From NCBI GenBank assembly GCA_951406725.2, contig OX597842.1, positions 14,136,001-14,200,000 on the forward strand: a stretch of DNA of 64,000 nucleotides. The letters are read 5' to 3'. Source of the DNA: Octopus vulgaris. Lineage: Eukaryota. A program made the position numbers and the translations under genes. The notes under the pieces were generated by a model. It did not search any database, was not told where the DNA came from, and saw nothing but the letters and a program-made list of their open reading frames with translations. Shown here piece after piece: positions 57,826 through 64,000 of the stretch (the stretch's first letter is position 1; each line of letters begins with the position of its first letter).

Positions 57826-59134
57826 ACAAGGGTTCTGCAGGAGGAGGAGGTTTTAAAGGAGATGTTAAACAACGACATCAAAATGCAAAAATGTAACAGA
57901 AGGATTAGACAGAGTATGGCGAATACGTGTTTTACAAGAGCTAGAAAAGTGATGAAATATGGAAAAAACAAAACGAAGAATATGCGAAGTAAGATCAAAA
58001 AGAAGTGAAAATGACGATGTGGATGATGAGGAGGATGATAAGAAAGATGTTGTAGAAGAAGAAGGGGAAGAACAAGGAGAAGGAAAAGGAGAAGAGTAGA
58101 AGAAGAAGAAAAAGGGGGAGGAGCGGAGGAGAGTTGAAGAAGAAGAAGAAATAAATGAAAAACAACAATGACAATAACAACAATAACAAATAAAAAGGGT
58201 AATTTTAAACGAATCCGATAAGTGGCCATTTATTTTGACCACCGACAGATGTCGCTCTACATTCCAAGGTTCCAGCCTCTGAAAACAGAAACGAAACACG
58301 CTGCTGCGAGAAATGCCTCCATGTTTTTGTGCTCGACTCTGTCAAAAGCTTTCGACTGATCCAAATTGATTAGGGCCCCACCCATATCAAGTTCATTACT
58401 CAACCCCTATATGGTGTATTGCGTGATACAGAAATCCAATGACAGGTTCATGGTGTTTCCTATTACAACATGGACCTAAGCGTAAACCAAGAATCGGTAC
58501 CAAACTGGTGTATGCAATTACCTTCTAAAGAACTGTTTTGGAGAGTTCGAAAAAAAGTACATTGTACTCCACGGCAAATAATAAAAATAATAATAATCAT
58601 AATAATAATAATCCATGCTATAATGTTGAAAGCTTTTTATTAATTATGTATGTGACAATTACTAAAAGTACTAAAAGAAAGCAATTAATAAAGGATGACC
58701 GTTGGAAATATTTTTAGAAACTTATGTTATAAGAAATGAAATATAATTTCGATTTCTCAAGTTCATTCAATTTTTTTAATCAAATTTCTCGCAAATTTTA
58801 ATATTCATTTCATTCATAGCGTTTAATTCTTTACAAATTTATGTATTCATTGCCGTCATTGTGGTGTATTCCACTTTCACTTGCAAACTTTTTCACTTCC
58901 TCTTTAAAGTTTTAATTTGCTATTTGGAAAACCAACAGATTATTCTATCAATGTATATCTAAAATGAAATCATTACTTATTGAAGGATCATTTTATAAAA
59001 TACCCGTATAATGTTTGAACGCTGGATATCTGTGAGAAGAGCCTAGAAAGTTGGGTAATAACATTTAGAGGAGGAGGAGGAGAAAACATACGCTACCTAC
59101 AAGTACTCGAAGCTGGCATCCTATTCAGAGTTTC

Positions 59135-61765
59135 CAAATGTTAGTTGCACGAGCGAAATAAACAGTGACATTCACATCTGTCTTCAGCCCTTTCAACCTG
59201 GTCAACCATACAACGTCTTTCAATAAATATACCAGGCAAAGAAAAATACCCTGCTATTTCGGTGCGAAGAAAGGCAGCGAAACTATCCTCACAATGGACT
59301 GAGTCGATATCTGGATTCGTCTTCCACGTGACAGCAGATATTCGACATAAACCCACAATTCAGAAAAACTAGGGCACTAAAAGAAAGTGAGAAGAAGTTT
59401 CGTCGCTCTCTGCGTATCTTGGGCATGCTGGGATGAATGTTCTTCTGTTTCTAGAATTTACCTCGAACGAGCAGTGCCCCACGGTATCATTTCCAGCCCA
59501 AGGATTTCTAGAAATTATGTATAGTCCTTGGCCCGAAAGTTGTCCGGAACAGACCAGCCAACACGTTCTTGTCGACGCCAAGTGACTCCATGAGAACATC
59601 GTCGTACTTACCCGCCATTAACCCTCTATAGGACGCCATAACGGAATTTCCACGACCGCATTGCCTGACTGACACAGGAGTGTGGGCGCATGACGACACT
59701 CTAGGTGGCCGTCTCCCTTCCTCGGTCTAAGTTTGATCAGTGAAAAGGAAAAGCAGTGAGAAAACGCTTCTGACAAACGGCGACAACACTTGCTCACCTT
59801 CTATGAATCGCTGGAGTTGCTGCAATCTAGCGGGTGTTGACAGCAAATGGAGCTCCTGACCAGCGGATCACATTCCTTCCACAGAAAGCGGAACACTAGG
59901 CGCTGAAGATTGGTCAGTCTTGAGCCGGTAGTAGATGACGAATTCGATGGATGCATTTGCAAACTCCACCCGACCTTTCAGGGATAGCCTTCTCGCTCTC
60001 TCGTCCAATTTCTTCATCTGGATTTCAGGACCGAGCCAGGCGCCGATCAATTTAACAGGTTATTCCGTCCAGCGTCCCACAACGCTGTTGGAAGTCATAG
60101 ATCTGTCTCTCCCAGCGCCGAGTTGCAGGCCCACTAACTTCAAGCTAATTGTTGCTCATGTCACATCATCGAGTTCTTTTAGAAAGGTGTCAACCAGGTC
60201 CGAATGTTTGGCGTTGAACCTATGGCGGTGAAGTAGTTTGCATATGCCGACACGGTTCTTCCATGTCTCAGTTTGGGCGGGATACCTCTCACCACCTCTA
60301 ATTTTCGCTCTAATAGCGTTAGACTGATCATCTCCTGATGTTGAATGTTTCCAAAATGTAATGATTCACCCAATCTACGACGAGATACCACGGTACATTG
60401 CTGCGATCCTAACAAATGCTTTAGGCTGATCTAAACTGATCAACGTCCCACTCATGCCAGCTTCATTAACAACACTGTCTATGATATGTCTCATGAGGTG
60501 GATGTTGTTGTGGATGGATCTGATTGGGATTGCGCAAGTACCTTTGCCCAAAATTTTGAAGTCCGCGTTCAGCAGAGTTACCGGCCGAAAAGTTTCTATT
60601 CGATCCCTCTTCTTAGAGTTCTTTCTTGGCGGTTCTCCAATTCCTCGGCTCATAGAACTCGGCTTTCTCCCATTCTGCTGTCAGTGGCGGTAGAAGTCTG
60701 CTAAGAAGTCGCCAAACAAATCTGGCATATAATAGTAAAGCCCAATACGCAGACTATCCAAATCAAGCGATTTGCCTGCCATGCAGCCCATTATCACATC
60801 CCGGTGTGACGCATTCAGATTCCAGTAACCGGATCCCTGCTGATTGAATCCGGCACACATCCGCTTGGGCTCGAGTATCGTTCGGTCACCTGGCTCTACC
60901 AAAGACTGAATTGTGGATCTGTTTCTGCGTTGAGCCTCTGTAAGTCGTTCCCATTGAGCGGCTTTAATTCCTTTTTTCTTAGAAGATAGCCTTCGCTCTG
61001 AGAATGTACCCTTCGTGCTGAGGGTTGAACAATTCGTCGAGGACCGAACTCGCTGGCTACATGTCGGTTGTAATGCCACTCTTAAGCCCCGCTTCTAAGT
61101 CCCTAATTTGCTTTTTCTATTTCATTTTTTGTATCGCTAGTCCCTTCCTAAACCTAACTGATTCTATTCCAATTGCCATTTTAGGGCTTAACACCATTTA
61201 TCGTTATATATTGACCCTGTTAGTACACACTTATCTAATTTAGTAATGTGGTCTCTGTCAGCTGAGCACACCAGGAGTGAGGCGTCCAGATTGCAGTAAC
61301 TGGATCCCTGCCCAGATCACAAATGTGTGGTATGTGTAGGTGACGATTTTGAAAATTAGTCAACTTATACTATTTCTGTCCAATGGCCTACTGGAATTGT
61401 ATCTAAATACGCCCTGGATGACCCACTGCGGTTAGCCCAAGTCCATACTGGTGCGTTCTGGAAATCCAGCCGGTACTTGTCAGACAGTTGAAAACTTCTG
61501 ACCTATTTTGCGAGACTTTTGCACCCACCTACTCTATCCGCTAGCTCTAAACGGTCCAAACGTGGCTGTAAGACAGTGTTCCAGTTGCCCATAAGCTCTA
61601 AAGGACGAAACGTTCTGAGAAAACAACTTCCAGGAGTTTCAAGTAGTCCGGCTGCCTTGTTCCCGTAGGAGGATAGACAGCCACCAGCGTGAAGCCACCC
61701 CTGTCACTCCTCATCACATCCTGGACGACTAACTTTCCGCCTCCCATTCCCTTCTAACACGGAAA
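59135..61765 (-). mobile_element. Decayed L1/Tx1-like element, copy 4
   Basis: Near-identical to 49590-52220. Confidence 0.8.
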
Positions 61766-62770
61766 TAAATAGAAGCAAATAATGTTGTTGCTTTAATAAT
61801 TTTCTCTCCTCTGTTTGACACGGAAATGGTGGCAGTGTCCAACTTTTCTAGTGTTTCACGTTTTCTCTTCACTTTCCTTCTTATTGTTGTTACTCTAGCT
61901 GGTCCTCCTGACGATAGTATTGGTAGCGGTCTTAGTGTTCTCCTCCGCCTTCATGTTTCCATCGTTGTTCATTGTGTTGATGCTGTTGTTGTTGTTGTTG
62001 TTGTTGTTGGTGGTGGTGGTGTTGCTGCTGCTATTCTTCCTCTCATTCTCAACCATATTTGGTAGTGGAGGGAAAGACATTTCTGATGGTATAAACTCCG
62101 TGAGCAGAGTAGCGTCAATAATTGACATTGAAAAGAAATGGAAAACTTAAATATGAATGGAAATTCGAAAACGTTAGGAAGAATGGTATTGAAGAACTGA
62201 AGCAGCCCATAAATGCAAAATAAGCAAAGTTTTGAATAGGTTTGAATAATGGATTAAGCAATACCAGCCAAACAAATTATTTAGAAGTGACCAAAAAAAA
62301 GATTTTGACCTGAGAATAATGACGATAAAAAACGTACGAGATTAGTCCCTGATGCTGATAAAATTCGACTTTTCTGGGATAAGGTATGGTGTAAGCATGA
62401 AAAGCATAATACTACAGCTGAATGACTCTGCAACCTGAAGTAAACAGCTTATCCACAGCAAGAGGCCACTCACTTCATAGAAGACAGTATTAGAAATATG
62501 AGTAAAAATATATGCAATAGGAAAGCATCAAGGCCTGATGGTGTACAGGGATTTTAGATACAATAGTTCAGTAGTTGCCGTAAATTGAACGGAGAGCAAT
62601 TAAATGCATTGATTAATGGAAAAGAATAAATCCCAGGCTGGCTAAGAAGAAGAAGAAGAACGGTGTTGGCCTGAAGGATGCATCAAAGGGAAATGCAGAC
62701 GAATTTCCTGCCTCCCGTTAATGTGGAAGTTACTGTCAGAATGAATTGCAGAAGCGCTGTATATTAATAA

Positions 62771-62868
<98 letters not shown>

Positions 62869-64000
62869 GAACACCGGGGGACAGAAAAGAACACCGGGGG
62901 ACTGAAAAGAACACCGGGGGACTTTTAAGAAAGAACACCGGGGGACTTTTAAGATGTAAGAAGGAAAATTCAGAGCTCCGAAACCTATCCACAAACATCG
63001 AAAACAAGGACATCCTATGGAGCCAAAGTTTTACTAACAAAGAATTGGACTGTATCCGAGTAAGTAATACAAACTGAAATTTATTACTATTTTCGAAACG
63101 AAATGATGTATTTTGACTCGATATCATCTCCACCTCTAACGCAACACATGTAAGCATGCGTGAAAAATCACGATCATCTCCGACCCCAAACACCATGTAC
63201 AAAGGAACTACGAAGAAATTAAATGCCACCGATACTATTCAACCCAAGAATAACAATCGAGCGGTACGTACATTAAACCTACAACAAAAAATGTACGAAA
63301 AACTACACGTGCGAAATAATGTGACAACAGAAATAAACGGACCGGTACCCTACGAAAATGACGACCGTCAAAATAATGGGCCGGACGTTGTACCTCATGT
63401 CCCGCAAATAAAACCCAAAAGACGTAAATGGACACACGTGAGGAATACATTTCTATCTTACACGCATACTTCACAGCAGTACTCTACCCAAAAAATGAAA
63501 ATACAACAACACATACATATAAAATATGGAAGGAAAATAATAGAGATTTAGACTTGGATACAGCAATGAACCCTAATAAATTAGCTAACGTACGAAGATA
63601 CATTCTCAACACAAAAAAAATATCAGAAATAGAAATAGAACACCTAAAAGAAAACATACACCAGGAAAATGTAGATAGAAGCCACACAACAATGCCCAAT
63701 AATATAAACACTGAAACTGTAAAACACGAAGACAAACGCAACATTCCCAACAAACACGATGTAAACAACGAAGGGGAGCCTAATGATTATGATAATATAA
63801 AAAATAAAATAATCAAAGAACTAAAAACCACAGAGCTCAAAATGGACCACCGACCATACCTCCCAAGAATAAAAATAAACGCAATAACAACACCAATTAT
63901 AAACAACATAAACCTAGCCGTCACTGAACTAGCCACTGAAACAAAAAAAAGTGATATCACTGAACTAAATGACTTGATATACGCAGCAGCCACTGCAGCC
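62869..64000 (+). mobile_element. 5' part of a second R4/Dong-like family, frameshifted; runs off the window
   Basis: Starts directly after (TAA)n. Encodes KPKRRKWT, MNPNKLANVRRYILNTKKISEIEI and DITELNDLIYAAA, homologous to KKEKWS, DSNKLANVRRNIIKKKLLTEVEI and DITNLNHLYYASA of the 23.5-kb element. Confidence 0.8.

Larger units (their letters stand above)
46500..62868. repeat. Tandem segmental duplication with ~9.55-kb period (~46500-56050 and ~56050 onward)
   Basis: ORF-track paralogues are offset by 9547 (46745 vs 56292; 47141 vs 56688). The second copy is interrupted by a retroelement at ~62869. Confidence 0.85.

Overview
AT-rich, microsatellite-dense eukaryotic DNA. It looks invertebrate and cephalopod-like, but that is inference from repeat content only. 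Almost all ORF-track entries are microsatellite artefacts. The main hidden feature is a minus-strand gene segment made of 31 dispersed 72-bp exons, each encoding one 24-aa typical-class leucine-rich repeat, all in symmetric phase 2. Of these, 27 have intact AG/GT splice sites and 4 have a mutated donor; 3 further truncated stubs also remain. The exons fall into six paralogue families plus one singleton. They were amplified by nested tandem duplications (about 1.27, 1.8, 9.5 and 13.75 kb), differ mainly at predicted concave-face residues, and show mosaic variation suggesting gene conversion. This architecture could support combinatorial LRR diversification by exon skipping or shuffling. The gene's first and last exons were not found in the window. 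The introns carry two copies of an R4/Dong-like RLE retrotransposon in (TAA)n, the 5' part of a second such family, four decayed L1/Tx1-like copies, a Gypsy-like remnant and a TAA-embedded short element. A probable non-autonomous Helitron lies left of the array.
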